Below, one piece after another: positions 1 to 13,139 of a DNA stretch of 64,000 nt. Within the stretch, counting starts at the first letter, position 1. Each line of letters opens with the position of its first letter. A program made the translations under genes and the position numbers. A model generated the notes under the pieces. That model did not search any database, was not told where the DNA came from, and saw nothing but the letters and a program-made list of their open reading frames with translations. Source of the stretch: Octopus vulgaris (lineage: Eukaryota); NCBI GenBank assembly GCA_951406725.2, contig OX597814.1, positions 115,878,001 to 115,942,000 on the forward strand, given 5' to 3'.

Positions 1-95
1 TGTAGCTGGCTGTGCATTAGTATTATCTGAAGAGTTCATCATTACTATTCTAACTTTATATAGCTCAGATTTTGTCAAACCTTTTTTTTTTTCAG

Positions 96-127
96 ATTCT
101 TTTAAATCACTCGAAACACAAAATCAG
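96..127 (+). CDS. Internal coding exon of host gene (ILLNHSKHKI-R)
   Basis: Poly-T tract plus CAG acceptor at 93-95 and GT donor at 128. The 32-nt exon ends in phase 2 and joins the next exon in frame. Confidence 0.6.
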
Positions 128-231
128 GTTGTGGCTATAATTTTAATTTCTCTTCTATTAAGCTAATCTCTACTGAACTAATTAAAACTCTTTGTAAATT
201 GATATTTACCTAAGTTCAAATTTCTTGGCAG

Positions 232-316
232 ACAATTTAAAGATGCTTCAGAGATATCGATGTTACAAATGGATGTGTTTGAACGGTTTTCTGACAGCAA
301 CGAACAATTTTGCATG
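232..316 (+). CDS. Internal coding exon (R-QFKDASEISMLQMDVFERFSDSNEQFCM)
   Basis: tttcttggcAG acceptor and consensus GTAAGT donor. The open frame is compatible with the flanking exons. Confidence 0.7.
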
Positions 317-939
317 GTAAGTTGTCTACTTTTGTCAGGTGACTGGCATGTTACCTAACAGTAACTAGGATTATTAGTTTCTACTAAGAAATTGTACTAG
401 GAGTTAAGACCATCATAGTTATGGTTAAGCAAAATGAAAGCATCTAAAATCATTTTCTTGATCTAACATTAGTTTATGCATGCATCCATATTCTCATCCC
501 AAATTTCCTTAAGGGTTGTGAGGGTAGACTTCAGATCTCACCCATAAGGCCTTATGAGAAACAACCTTCATTACACTTTGTGGCTGGATTCCCTATCGTT
601 ACAAACTGAGATTATGGATAATATCCAATCACCTCGTTCTTAGTTTATCCTTTAGGTCTCTCGTCGATTGGTTCTGCTTGGAAACTCCGTCTTGTAACTC
701 AAGTCCGTTTTATCGGAGCTATGATCTCTCACTGCGGAGAAGTAGAGGTTCAATCTGGAGAAACTCCTTAATCTTGGAGCTACAGACCTAGATGAGTAGT
801 TACCAGCTGAATTTGAATCGGAAGACAGTGTCAGAAAAAGTGCTGATGGGCACTTTGTTCGACGTACTAACGAATCTGCTAGTTTGCTACTTCATGTTTA
901 TAAGATCTTGCTGGACTAAATCCTTACCACATTATGCTT

Positions 940-1750
940 GCACTCAGGAGGATAAAATTAGAAAGCTTTTCATTGCAGATCACTTTAAGAAATCTGTCCA
1001 AATCTGTTTTCATATATTTTAATACACCACAACGAATGGTCTCCTTTGATCAAAATCCTTTGCAATATATTTTAAAACTGAAGTAAGAATAGACTTCAGA
1101 TTTTAAGTAACTGTAGCTTCCATAAAATTACATCCGTGTTATTGGGTATAATACAAATGGCAGCCGTTTTGTTGCAGTTGTTGGACAGCTTGAAAGATTG
1201 CGATGATGCTGTGGAAATAAATACATTGGCAAAAGTATTAAGCAGCAATGTAAGTAAAACCGTTAGATTCATCTTTCTTTACTCATCCCTGCACTACACA
1301 ATATTTTGACTTGGTTGTGATGTAAATAGTTGCATCTGAGATCCATATGGAAAAAGATCTGATCAGCTGCGAAGTTCAACTATTTCCGAAAACCATAGAC
1401 TGCACTGCTAAAGGATCGCTCACCAACACTCGTCAAGCATTAGCCCTACTTCCTGTCAGTCCTGAACCAGCATGTGATGTACTGAATGTTGTATGTCCTT
1501 TATACTTACTGTCCTTACTATCTTAACTGTCTATGTACCAAACCGTTTTCCAAGAGTTGGAGCATGTTGTTCCTCCACTCATCTTAAGAATGAACAGTTA
1601 ATGTTCAGTTTCATGCTTTATCACAAGCTTGGACAGACGTAAAATATTCACTGCCATTGTCAAATTAGAAGTAGAAATCAGTACTTTGACGCAAAAAGCT
1701 CTGTTTGTCTATCAAACTTCATTGAAAGCATTAATCAACTTGTCGAAGGA
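940..1750 (-). mobile_element. Highly decayed CR1/L2-group LINE fragment (intronic)
   Basis: The minus strand gives KTDLDRFLKV, matching the K..LDRF(L/I) C-terminal motif of the better-preserved LINEs in this window. The rest is degenerate. Confidence 0.35.
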
Positions 1751-2645
1751 ATAGACTATTGACGAAGGTGCAACGCCATGGGTTCGCAGTCGTAAGGACA
1801 TGGTTACTAAGCGAACATTTTTATGCACACAGCCGCCATGCCCGCGTCTATATAACTGATATTTTACAATAACACGCAATGTGTGACTCCCTGGTCAGGC
1901 AAATGGAGAGAAGAGTAAAACAACAAACGGAGTGGGTGACCATCATAAACTCTGAAGGCAGGCGAATATCATTCAAAGACTTTTCTCGCGAGTCATTGGT
2001 ATCTCTACTAAATTGGAGGAAGCTGCTTATTAATTAGGTATACACAATTACTAAAAGTACTACGAGCAATTATTTCATGGTTGACCCATCTGAGAACATT
2101 TTTATAAATTCATGTTCTAAGAAATTTCCTGTAATTTCGATTTCTGAAGTTTCTTGAATGTTTAAATTCCAATTTCTCGCAAATTTAAATATTCATGCGT
2201 CCAATTCACAAATTTAAATATTCATTGCATTCACTGCAGAGTAATACATTCTCATTTGCAAAGTCTCTCAATTTCTCTTACAAGTTTTCATTCGCTATTT
2301 GGGAAACCGTCAGCTTATTCTATTAATGTATACGTAATAAATTATTATCTTAACGTATACGCAATTTATTATTTATCGAATGAAAAATTTTAAAATACTC
2401 GTATAATTTTTGAGCGCGTGATAGCTATAAGAGCCTAGAAAGTTGGGTAATTACTATTAGACGAGGAGAAAAAAAGTTACCGACAAGTACTCGAAACTTG
2501 CACCTTGTTCAGTTTCTAAACACTCTGTACCACTAAGCCAATATATACACAAACAAGTTGCACGAGCGACTTCAACAGTGACACACTCTCGCGAACACAC
2601 ATAGATACACTTACACACAAATGAAAGGCAATGAATGTGTGTTTG

Positions 2646-3030
2646 CTGTTCATTGACAAAATTTCGTGCTGCATTACTTCTGCGAAGTTTTGTCAGTGAA
2701 CAGGTTTCGAAGCGAAGAAAATATTTCGAGACAAATGAAATTTTAATGTTGAAGTGAAACTGGTACTACTTAAAAACAGGTGTTACGTCCAAAATATTTT
2801 AAATGTACGTTGTATGGAAGTGTAATGACACGCTAACTAGCCCTACCCTAAAACTGACCGTCCCCTTCATGTCGTTACGTAGATGCATCGGGACCTCTTT
2901 ATTTAAGTAGTGCAGTGAAACTAACGGTTTTTGTGTGTTCTTGAATGGCATACAAACACCTACGCTGCAATTTTTGTCTCAGCACACGATCTCGGATCAA
3001 GTCACTTGCTATTCAAGTACATCTCCGTAA
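2646..3030. mobile_element. Palindromic interspersed repeat (same family as 61561-61888), interrupted by a MITE
   Basis: Hairpin ctgttcattgacaaaatttcg...cgaagttttgtcagtgaacag. The downstream sequence matches 61700-61888. Confidence 0.65.
2762..2913. mobile_element. Small MITE with 9-bp TSD (Mutator-like)
   Basis: Short TIRs (tactacttaaa / tttaagtagtg) flanked by direct repeat agtgaaact (2753-2761, 2914-2922). The empty site is seen in the 61.7-kb paralogue. Confidence 0.65.
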
Positions 3031-3359
3031 TTTTAAAAACAAATCACTGTGGTTAAATGCCAGCAATGACCTCAGTCTCTCCAATATTTTGATTTCTGAA
3101 AAGAAACACTCGGAGGTAGGGAGTGAGGTTGCAAAAAAAAATTCATTGCTTAAATTTTCTTTATAGCATATTAATGTATTTATGGGGGAAAAATATTGAA
3201 AAACATCAATGCATGCGAGAGTGATAAAGAAACGAGGACGGTTGTCTTTAGATATGCTAGAAACAACAGCCAAATCGCCCTTAAGTCACTCACTTTTCCG
3301 TCTGAAAATATTAACAATTTAAAAAAAAAATTACTGAAAATGCTCTTCCCATAGTTTTG

Positions 3360-3440
<81 letters not shown>

Positions 3441-3446
3441 TTTGTT

Positions 3447-3635
3447 TTTACTCTCTTTTATTTGTCATTTGACTGCGGCCATGCTGGAGCACCACCTTTA
3501 ATCGAGCAACTCGACCCCGGGACTTCTTTGTAAGCCCAGTACTTATTCTATCGGTCTTTTTTGCCGAACCGCTAAATTACGTAGACATAAACACACCAGC
3601 ATCGGTTGTCAAGCAATGCTAGGGACACACACACA

Positions 3636-3666
<31 letters not shown>

Positions 3667-3831
3667 CACGACGGGCTTCTTTCAGTTTCCGTCTACCAAA
3701 TCCACTCACAAGGCTTTGGTCGGCCCGAAGCTATAGCAGGAAAAGACACTTGCCCAAGGTGCCACGCAGTGGGACTGAACCCGGAACCATGTGGTTGGTA
3801 AAGAAGTTACTTACCACACAGCCACTCCTGC

Positions 3832-3833
<2 letters not shown>
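3447..3833 (-). mobile_element. tRNA-derived SINE with CORE-like segment, internal microsatellite and LINE-like 3' tail (family A)
   Basis: Minus-strand A box (tggctgtgtgg) and B box (gggttcagtccc), segment ggcaccttgggcaagtgtctt, tail ggtgctccagcatggccgcagtcaaatgac. Many related partial copies occur at about 6205-6517, 10680-10970, 12170-12460, 12825-13120, 28478-28850, 43575-43980, 53850-54010 and 63240-63800. Confidence 0.85.
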
Positions 3834-3871
<38 letters not shown>

Positions 3872-3872
<1 letters not shown>

Positions 3873-4557
3873 CTTATTATAAAGGCAGATTTTATCTGCC
3901 TCCCTTTGTATCTTATAGAAATCTACAATATAGGATTTCTTCAATTACAATTTACCTAGCATTTTTAAGAGTAGAATGCATCGGGTCGTGCCAGGTCCAC
4001 TTTTTAAAATTTCAACCCCAATTAAGCAAAATTTACAGAAAACTCACATTGTGGTGTATATGTCAAATGTTTTTCTTAGTGTGGCTTACACCACACGCAA
4101 ACGCACACACACACAAACGGAGCGAATTGTTTCACTGACGCTATCACCCTTCTCCTCCTTTGTCTTTGCAAGTTGGCAGCTATTTAAGTGAAAACAGTGA
4201 ATCCGACAGCGATTAAGAAAATGAATTGGTACCTGAATGGAGTGAAAATTTAAAAACTGTTTCTTTCGGTGATTTTTCTGAAGAAACTGCACCAAGCCAC
4301 AGACTTTCCCAGAAGAGTAAAGCCTTAAACTATTTCTATTTACTTTTTCGAATGAGCCCATTTGAAATCATTACGGCAGAAACGAAACGTTACGCTAAAC
4401 GTAAACAAAACGAAAGAAAGGATAGTTTATTTCCCACAACCTTAAATGAAATTAAGGCCTATTTTGCCATAAATATTATTATGGGTATCAGAAAGTTACC
4501 CAGAATAACAAATTCTATCGTAAAATTTTGTTGTATACCCAATTGAATATTAGCTAA
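3872..4557 (+). mobile_element. Probable non-autonomous Helitron carrying a piggyBac transposase fragment
   Basis: A|TC start (tcttattataaa) and a degenerate CTAG-like end (gctaat). The internal ORF gives FEIITAETKRYA...TTLNEIKAYFAINIIMGIRKLP. Confidence 0.5.
4300..4510 (+). pseudogene. piggyBac (PGBD-like) transposase fragment
   Basis: ET.RYA and EIKAYF.I.I.MGI.KLP motifs are typical of the piggyBac transposase N-terminal core. Confidence 0.75.
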
Positions 4558-4919
4558 TAACCCATTTTCTATAGCGATGTTTGAACAAAATTTTAATAAT
4601 TTTATATTTTGAATTTAACTGTATCTATCTGCAATTAGAGTCACTTTGTGACAAAAATGATAGTATAGAATTGGTTGAGGACATTTCATTAAATTATCTT
4701 CCAAAAATCACATTAATATATTGATAAATAAAAAAGTTATTGTTGTTTAATGAAACCAGACTAAATTTATGATTATGTTAGAAATTAATTGAAACACATT
4801 TTGGTCAGAAATATAGTAACGAAAGGGTTAAGAAAAACCAAAAAATATTTTATTCTTTATAAATGTTGTGTTCAAAATAACATTTTCTTTTAAGAATGTG
4901 TATATAACTACGTGACATA

Positions 4920-5316
4920 TCTTTATATATAAGAGTGAAGTTGTGTGTCTGTCTCCTACGATTTAGATTCCTAACTACTCCCACATTTTGCGGTGCAGTG
5001 TAACCAAAACCGGGTATCTTATAGTCGTGAGCCATATCGAGCCCTTCTGGGTATTAGCGCGCGTCTACGATGAGTCTACGATTTAAAAAAATTTACCATG
5101 ATATTTTTCCATTTTAATGCATTTTTTTCGCTATTATATAAGGGAAGTAACTCTCTAAAAATATCTACGATGTGTCAACGATTTAAAAAGAAATTTACCT
5201 TAATTTTTTTTCCATTTTTAATGCATTTTTTCCCTATTTTTTGGCTATAACTCTCTAAAAATGCTTATATAGTTATTTCCCTTACAAACCCGAGCCACGC
5301 CGGGTGATACTGCTAG
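4920..5316 (+). mobile_element. Non-autonomous Helitron
   Basis: 5' TC after A, subterminal hairpin cccgagccacgccggg, 3' CTAG before T. Homologous to 52569-53079. Confidence 0.8.
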
Positions 5317-5833
5317 TATATATATATATATATATATATATGGCCAAAACAGGTCTGGAGAGGAATGCGGGAGGGGGTGTAAAAAAAAAAAGGCGTTTAC
5401 AAAACTTTTTTCAAAGATAGTTCCCATCATTTCGAAGGCTGTGGTTTAAAAAAAGAGGAAAATCTCCGAAAGAATTTTCCCCACAAATTTCTTTATAATC
5501 GTAATCTATGCCGTTTGAAAGGATTTGTATAAATTTTCATTAAAAGATACCTATCTCGAAAGTTATGAGGGGAAAAAATTCAGATCGGGTGAATTTTCAA
5601 AAACTCCCCTCTCCAACCGCTCGCAAAAATTCTTTCTCATAAATTCCTATATATTCTGATGCCACAACATCTAAGCGGTATTTGTAGAAAATTTTGTCAA
5701 TAAGTAACTTTTCTGGAGATCATGAGGCAACAAAGCCGGGGGCATATACATCTGTACTAATGCCCTTTTATTTATACAAATTTTTCATTTCGTTTTTATT
5801 TCATTCATTGTTTGCAACGTTCCCTCTCCCTCC

Positions 5834-6120
<287 letters not shown>

Positions 6121-6534
6121 CCTCTTTCTCTCTCTCTCTGTTGGTCTCTCTTATACACACATACTGTTTTCAAACTGTTTACATATTGATAAGTATATTT
6201 TATATATATTGCTTCAGTCATTTGATTGCGGCCATGCTGGAGCACCGCCTTTACTCGAACAAATCGAGCCCCAAGACTTAAGCCAAGTACTTACACTACC
6301 GGTCTCTTTTGCCGGACTGCTAAGTTGGGGGACGGAGACAAACCAGCATCGGTTGTCAGGCGATGGTAGGGGGATAAACTCGCGTTATATATATATATAT
6401 ATGATAGCCTTGTTTCCGTCTACCAAATCCAATCAGTCAGCCTGAGGCTATAGAAGACACTTGCCCAAGGTGCCACGCAATGGGACTGAATCCGAAACCA
6501 CATACACTCCTGCGCCTATATATATGTGCCACCA

Positions 6535-6980
6535 AACAGTGGCTCGTGAGCAGCGCACTGCAAGTGCAGATAAGACGATAGGAGACCAAAGCTAGGCTGA
6601 AAATTAGTGCTGAGGATACAGAAGCAAATGAGTTTACTGCGAGAAGACAATCCCAAGAGGCACAAGCAAAGTGTCCAAAAATCAAATTCCCTTCAGCAAG
6701 CAGTGAAGGGGCCTGGGAGATAATTTACAAAGAAATCTGCAAGGCTTTGTACAAGAACCTAGAAGTTTGTGGTGAAGTAATGTATAGTATTTGAAAAGAG
6801 CACTTTAGTATTAAAGAGATCAAGCAAACAGCCAGAAAGAAAAAGCAGCTAAGGAAGTTGGAGTCCATAAGATATAGGAAGAAATGCTTGAAGAAACAGT
6901 TGCGGACCTCGAGTCCCGAGGAGAAGGACAGTCTGAAGATTTGGAAAGACCTCAAAGAAAAGCACAGCACCCACAGCAGA
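6535..6980 (+). mobile_element. Fragment of HERO/NeSL-like non-LTR retrotransposon (pre-RT region)
   Basis: Translation PKIKFPSASSEGAWEII...QLRTSSPEEKDSLKIWKDLKEKH resembles the I.WP...W and S.EEK..L region upstream of RT in HERO-type elements. It contains a stop. Confidence 0.55.
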
Positions 6981-7223
6981 ACACAACTCTGATAACCAAA
7001 CACAACTCTGATAACCAAACACAACTCTGATAACCAAACACAACTCTGATAACCAAACACAACTCTGATAACCAAACACAACTCTGATAACCAAACACAA
7101 CTCTGATAACCAAACACAACTCTGATAACCAAACACAACTCTGATAACCAAACACAACTCTGATAACCAAACACAACTCTGATAACCAAACACAACTCTG
7201 ATAACCAAACAACTCTGATAACC
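6981..7223. repeat. 19-bp minisatellite (ACACAACTCTGATAACCAA)n, about 12-13 copies
   Basis: Perfect tandem period of 19 with no spacers. Confidence 0.95.
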
Positions 7224-7299
7224 GAGTTCTTACGGATTCATTTTCCTGTCCAAATCAATCTCCCATTTTTATTAGTTTCCTAAATGTCTTTTGTCTTAG

Positions 7300-7404
7300 G
7301 AATGTTTGAGTGCCACGGAAAAAGAAGTCCTGTTTGGAACTGCGATGATCAGTGAAGCCGAGTGCGCTGAATTCTTAAATAAGATAAGTAATGGAAATGA
7401 TATG
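7300..7404 (+). CDS. Internal coding exon (ECLSATEKEVLFGTAMISEAECAEFLNKISNGNDM)
   Basis: ttttgtcttAG acceptor, GTGAGT donor, 105 nt, phase 0-0, no stop in this frame. Confidence 0.7.
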
Positions 7405-8240
7405 GTGAGTAACGTTCTATGACGTTATATTCGATAACTTATGTTTTGTAATCAATTCAAGCATATGAGTTCAATTGATTGGTGCAATTTCTTTTCAAGT
7501 TGGCCGTCTCAGATATGGAGAATCTCTTGGAGAGTAAAAACTGGGCGCTATACAGCCAATGCTTATGCAGTGAAAAGATTGAAATAACCAACCACTTTTG
7601 TTACTGGGGAGTTATAGCGAATGTTTTACACAGCGGTACCAGTAAAGTCTTGGTAAGTAACCAGACATATAGTTCATTGTCACTTTAGCGTGAAGTCTCT
7701 CACCTTAATCGTAACCCTGAATAAGTTATTTCATAGCTTTCACTACGTCTATTGCGTTAGGCCTCAGCTTTAATTCTCGACGCTTATTTGCCGCTAGGAT
7801 TTGTTTAGAAATGCTTTATCGTTTGTAGATATTTAACTTGAAAATTTGGCCAGGAATTGCTCTATGAAATGATTATTGTTGAGGCGGATCATCTGTTACA
7901 TCGGATTTGTATCATAAACTTAGATTTACATAACTTAGAACTGTATGTGTGGAGGTGCGTGACTCAGTGGTTAGGACGTTGCCCCACTGTTCGTAAGATT
8001 GTTTCGATTGCTGGGCGATGCGTTGCGTCGTTGAACGAAACACTTCGTTCTACGTTGCTCGTCGAACAAAAGTGAGTAATCCTGCGATGGACCAGCGTCC
8101 CGTCCAAGAGGGGAATATGTACACCACAATCTGGCGAACTGGTCTTATGAGCCCTTGGCTTGGGAAGGACCTGTGATCTCTATTTTGTTTTTGATATATG
8201 TGTGTATTTTAGGAACTAGTTTGCTTAATTTTTCTTGCAG

Positions 8241-8336
8241 AAGGACAATCTTGATAGGACTGTTGGTGTATACACTGGATATATCGACAACAGCACACTT
8301 CATCTCGAAGAAGCTGACGAATGTTATCTCATTCAG
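8241..8336 (+). CDS. Coding exon (KDNLDRTVGVYTGYIDNSTLHLEEADECYLIQ), tentatively the C-terminal part of a patatin-like phospholipase-family protein
   Basis: tttttcttgcAG acceptor, CAG/GTGAAT donor, 96 nt, phase 0. The RTVG.(Y/N)TGY...LE..D...L.QQG.N pattern recalls patatin-like C-termini (from memory, not searched). Confidence 0.65.
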
Positions 8337-8428
8337 GTGAATATGAATTTCACAAATTTTACTCATTGCTCGACATTTATACACTGTCTAAATGCTTGAA
8401 TTATTTTGTATATTTAATATATGTATAG

Positions 8429-8476
8429 CAAGGATGGAACTGTACTGTGTCTTATCTGCGGCAACTTACCATGTGA
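8429..8476 (+). CDS. Terminal coding exon (QGWNCTVSYLRQLTM*)
   Basis: TAG acceptor at 8426-8428 after a 92-nt intron, in-frame TGA, and AATAAA at about 8552. Confidence 0.55.
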   Translation, partial: QGWNCTVSYLRQLTM

Positions 8477-9661
8477 ACCGAACGTACTGAAGTGAATCGA
8501 AAACCGGCTGATTAATTAACAAGGAATGTCTCAATAATTGTAAAATATATAAATAAACTGAGTTTCTTGAGAAAGTATTTTCGTACTTTGTACTTCGGAA
8601 GAGACCTTATGCTAATAATGAACACACACATTGGTTCTATTTCACTTCATTTGTTTATTAACCAATCAACTGATCGTTTGCTGAATCGAACAATAAGGTT
8701 TGTCTGTCTTATCGTCACCATGCAACCTTATCAATGCTTCGGGTTTGGCTTAATTTATGGATTTATAATTTTATAGGGATGCATATCGTAATTTTCTAGT
8801 TTGTTGACTCGAAAACTTATTTACTGAATATTTATAAGTTGATGCACAACTGAATTAAGATCCTCTGTTCTCTTCTAAATTTGACAATTGAACTTTAGTA
8901 ATGCCAGTCTAGCTGGCTGGCTGTAGCAAATCAGGCTGGTGCACTCGCGTGCCTGTGCTTATATATAGTCATGTTGAAAGTGAAATGGCCAGCTCGAAGT
9001 ACTGGGAATGTTTTGTGGGGAAAATGAGCTGGTAACCCATAAAAAACTTCGGAAAGGAAGATGCAATAAAAGTGGATGCAGCTGTTCGTGGGAAGTTATT
9101 TTTTTTTTGGGAGGGGGGAGGTAAGACGAAACGAAAATGGCGGATGTGGTGTGGAGAGAAATACGAATACAAAACCTCGTAGATGGCGTGAAGAGAGAGG
9201 TCAGAACAATCACAAGTGGCGGTGGTAGTGCTGAAGACGAAATACTACAAAGAAAACGCAAGTGGCGGTGGCGGCTGATAGCAGTGTGCAAGACTGCGTC
9301 CGGCTCAAAGTGAAAGAATATGAGAATAGAAAGTCTATGAGCTGTTCTAATCTTTTTCAGACCGTCCCGTTTTCCGTAAGGTACTGCGAAAAATGTTATT
9401 CCTCCTCCTTACAACAAATGTATTAAGTGTTTGAAATTTATTAATAAATTGACTGAGTTTAACACCATAAACTGGACATTAGATTTTCCAGTTTGCCAAA
9501 ACTAATTTTTTTTAAACCAAAAGTAGTCGGTTCTTAATATTTTGTTAGTTTACCATAAACCATGGCAAAGTATTCATACCATTAGTTAGGTACCTAGTGA
9601 ATCACGGACTAAGAAAACGTCCGATAACATGCTCTAACATTTAAAGCAAAGTTCTTTATTT

Positions 9662-10042
9662 GGATCTTTTCGGTTTGAACGGCAGTTTTTAAAATAATTT
9701 CTTGGTAACTAAAAATTTTAAACTTCGTATACTAGTAGAATATGTTTATAAAACATCTTTTTCTCTTGGCTTTATTGAGAAAATTCTATAGTTTGTATAT
9801 TTTTTTTTCTTCAATTTCAACCAATCAGTGACGTCCATTGAGTTAAAAAACATTCTGTGCCGTATGAATATGTCCCTCGTTTAAGAAACAGATTGGGTTT
9901 ATTTACATTTTGAAGAAAAAAAGATAATCTTCCCCTAACCCTAAAAGAGACTGAAATACAATAAATCGATTCTAGGGTCATAATTATGGGTGACAATTTC
10001 ATATACCGCTAGAAAAAACTGCCGTTCAAACCGAAAAGATCC
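9662..10042. mobile_element. MITE with about 29-bp terminal inverted repeats
   Basis: ggatcttttcggtttgaacggcagttttt ... aaaaactgccgttcaaaccgaaaagatcc. The TSD is not clean. Confidence 0.85.
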
Positions 10043-11028
10043 CTTATTTTCAATTTCAACAACGGAAATTAAATCGGTTATTCAATGAGATTTGTTGTGA
10101 AGAAAAGACAAATCTTACTGGCAATTACATTTACCCACATATAAAACCCAAAATAGATTTAAACTTAATGTTCGAAGAATCAATGTTACTGTCCCGTCTT
10201 TGCACTATGCTCAAACGGCCTTAACATCAAATTCACAACTCATTCAAGGCTTGTATATTATGCCATATCCTCCCCCCCTACAACAAACCAGTATCTTAAC
10301 ACAACCACACTGCAACACAACTCTTCAAGTCCTGCTTTAATGTTATTGCATTATTATTTCTCTAAACGAATTTACTACTCACCTGGAAATTTAATTGAAG
10401 AACATCGAACAATTCCCGGTGTTTGTAATAATTTTAAAAGACTTTCTTCTTTCAAAGAGAATTCGTAGTAGGTGTAGCTTATATGTGTGACCTAAAGAAT
10501 ATATTAAAAATCGAGATTATTTTTAGCTGCATAAAATGTATTTAAGAACTGTACAAAAACGCTGTTCGACTTAAAAAGTCGACAGTTTCTTTCTTTACAG
10601 TTAACTTTAAAATTACAGTATTTGTTAAAGGGGGAATCAATATCTGCGTAAGTGACTGCACATTTTAATTTAGTTCTTAGCTGTTTCAGTCAGTGGATTG
10701 CGGCCATGCTAGGGCACTGCATACACGGGTTTAGTCGAACAAATAGATCCCCGGATATATTTTTTTCCAGTCTGGTACTTATTCTATCATTCACCAACCA
10801 ACACCGGTTGTCAAGTTGTGTTGATATGGGACACACATTCACACACGAGTTTCCGTTTAAACCCAACTCAAGAGGATTTGCTCATCTCGTTATAGAATAC
10901 TAGGTACTCCGCAGTGGAACTGAACCCAAGATCACATATTTGGGAAGCAAAGTTAGCCACGCCTGCGCCTATATACAATTATAAACTCTAACACGGACAT
11001 ACTAGTAACTTAATAATAATAATAATAA

Positions 11029-11064
<36 letters not shown>

Positions 11065-11094
11065 CATTACGATATTGTGGTTGGTAGGGCGGTG

Positions 11095-11918
11095 TTTCTT
11101 TTCTACTCTAGGCACAACGCCCAAAATTTGTTTGGGGGAGCCAGCCGATTAGATCGACCCAGTAAGCAACTAGTACTTAGTTTATAGACCTCGAAATGGT
11201 GAAAGACAGCTGGCCTCGGCGGAATTTGAACTCAGAACGTAACGACAGACGAAATACCGCGAAGCATTTCACCTGGTGTGCTAACGTTGCTGCCAGCTCG
11301 CCTCCTTGGCGGTGTTTATCATTTCGAAGGCGGCAAGCTGGCAGAATGGTTTGGACGCGGAGTTGAATTTCCACCGAGGTCGACTTTGCCTTTCATCCTT
11401 CCGGGGTCGATAAATTAAGTACTAGCTGCGTACTGGGGTCGATGTAATCGACTATCTCCTGTCCCCAAGTTTCAAGCCTTGTGCCTATAATAGAATGGAT
11501 TATCTATTATGTAGGCGGCGGGTTGGCAGAACCGTTAGCACGCTGGACGAAATGCTTAGCGGTATTTTGCCCGTTGCTACATTCTAAGTTCAAATTCCGC
11601 CGAGGTCGACTTTGCCATTCATCCTTTCGTGGTCAAATCAGTACCACCTACGCACTGGGGTCGATATAATCGACTTAATCCGTTTGTCTATCCTTGTTTG
11701 TCGCCTCTGTGTTTAGCCCCTTGTGGGCAGTAAAGAAATAGGTATTTCGCCCGTTGCTACATTCTGAGTTCAAATTCCGTCGAGGTCGTCTTTGCCTTTC
11801 ATCCTTCCGGCGTCGATAAATTAAGTACCAGTTGCATACTGGGATCGATGTAACTGATTAGCCCCCCCCCCCCCCCAAAAAAATCTGAGGCCTCGTGCCT
11901 CCAGTAGAAAGGATTATT
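11095..11918. mobile_element. Cluster of tRNA-derived SINEs (family B) in both orientations, including a tandem unit with a Tx1-type tail
   Basis: Heads ggcggcgagctggcagaa...gagttcaaattcc (A/B boxes) and the tail tttagccccttgtgggcagtaaagaaat at about 11710-11740. Confidence 0.85.
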
Positions 11919-13139
11919 ACGACGATAGTCTCAAAATCATTTAAAGGTACATACCTCAGTAACGGTCCAATCGTATATAACTAAAACTGCGTTGAAGTTT
12001 GGCCAGGCGTCTACCCAGACTTCCAGCAAATAATTTTTGGGTTTAGGTGAGGATAACTGGATTATATTTTTGATCTGAAATGGAGTTTTAAATATTTAAC
12101 TAAATGCTGGCATAGATAATTTATGTATTAAAAATATGAAGCTCGAGTATAAGCATAAATTGTCGTAAGGGTGTGTGTATATCACATGGTTTCAGGTTCA
12201 GTTCTACTGCGTGGCACCTTGGATAGGTGTCTTCTATTGTAGCGTTGAACCGACCAAGGCCTTGCGATTAGACTTCGTAGTAGCAAACTGAAAGCCCGTC
12301 GTCTGTGTGTGTGTGTGTTTCTCCATCACCTCTTAGTGGTTCAGCAAAAGTCTGACAGAATAAGTACTAGGCTCAGTCCTGGGTTCGATTTGTTCGACTA
12401 AAACCAGCCCCCGAAGGCGGTGCTCCAGCATGGCCGAAGTCGAATGCCTAAAACAAGAGAATGTGTGACCGCGCAAATACTCTGGTCAAATGACGGAAAT
12501 AAGACAAGCGAATTTCAATTTTTTTGGTTTTTTATTTTGTTTTGGAGAATTCGTGTCGAGGTGGGAAGTCGGATCTTCATACTGTTTAAAAATCGGGTTT
12601 ATCGTAGGGTTACTCGTTTACAGTGAGTGGATTGGAGCGACAAGAAACGAAGGTTTTCTGGTTCAAGTACAAAACACATTGCTCGTTTCGGTTTCAAGCT
12701 CGGCTACGAAAGGAGATTGCCAGAACCAGGAAACGGGGGGGGGGGGGACCCTAGCAAGAAACCGTATTAATAGTGGACAACTATTGTCGTATATACGAAT
12801 AAATATACACACAAACGCACATTCTTTTTTACTTTTGTCATTGGATACGGGCCATGTTGGAGCACTGCCTTGAAGTATTTCAATCGAATGTATCGGCTCT
12901 AGAACTAATGTTTTTAAAGCCTGGTACTTATTCTATCGGTCTCATGTGCTGAACTGTTATATTACAGGGAACATAAACCAACCAATATCAAGCGGTGGTT
13001 GGACACACACACGTAAACGACAGGCTTCTTTGAGCCAAATCCACTCAAAAAGCTTTGGTCAGACGGCGGCTATAGAACACACTAGCCCATGGTCCCATGC
13101 AGTGGGACTGAACCCAGAATGTGGGACTGAGCCCAGAAT

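Noticed and set aside
6981-7223. CRISPR-like regular repeats
   Set aside because: The units are contiguous with no unique spacers, there are no cas genes, and the context is eukaryotic.
9932-9945. Telomere-like CCCTAACCCTAA
   Set aside because: It has only two units and lies inside a MITE, so it is not an interstitial telomere array.
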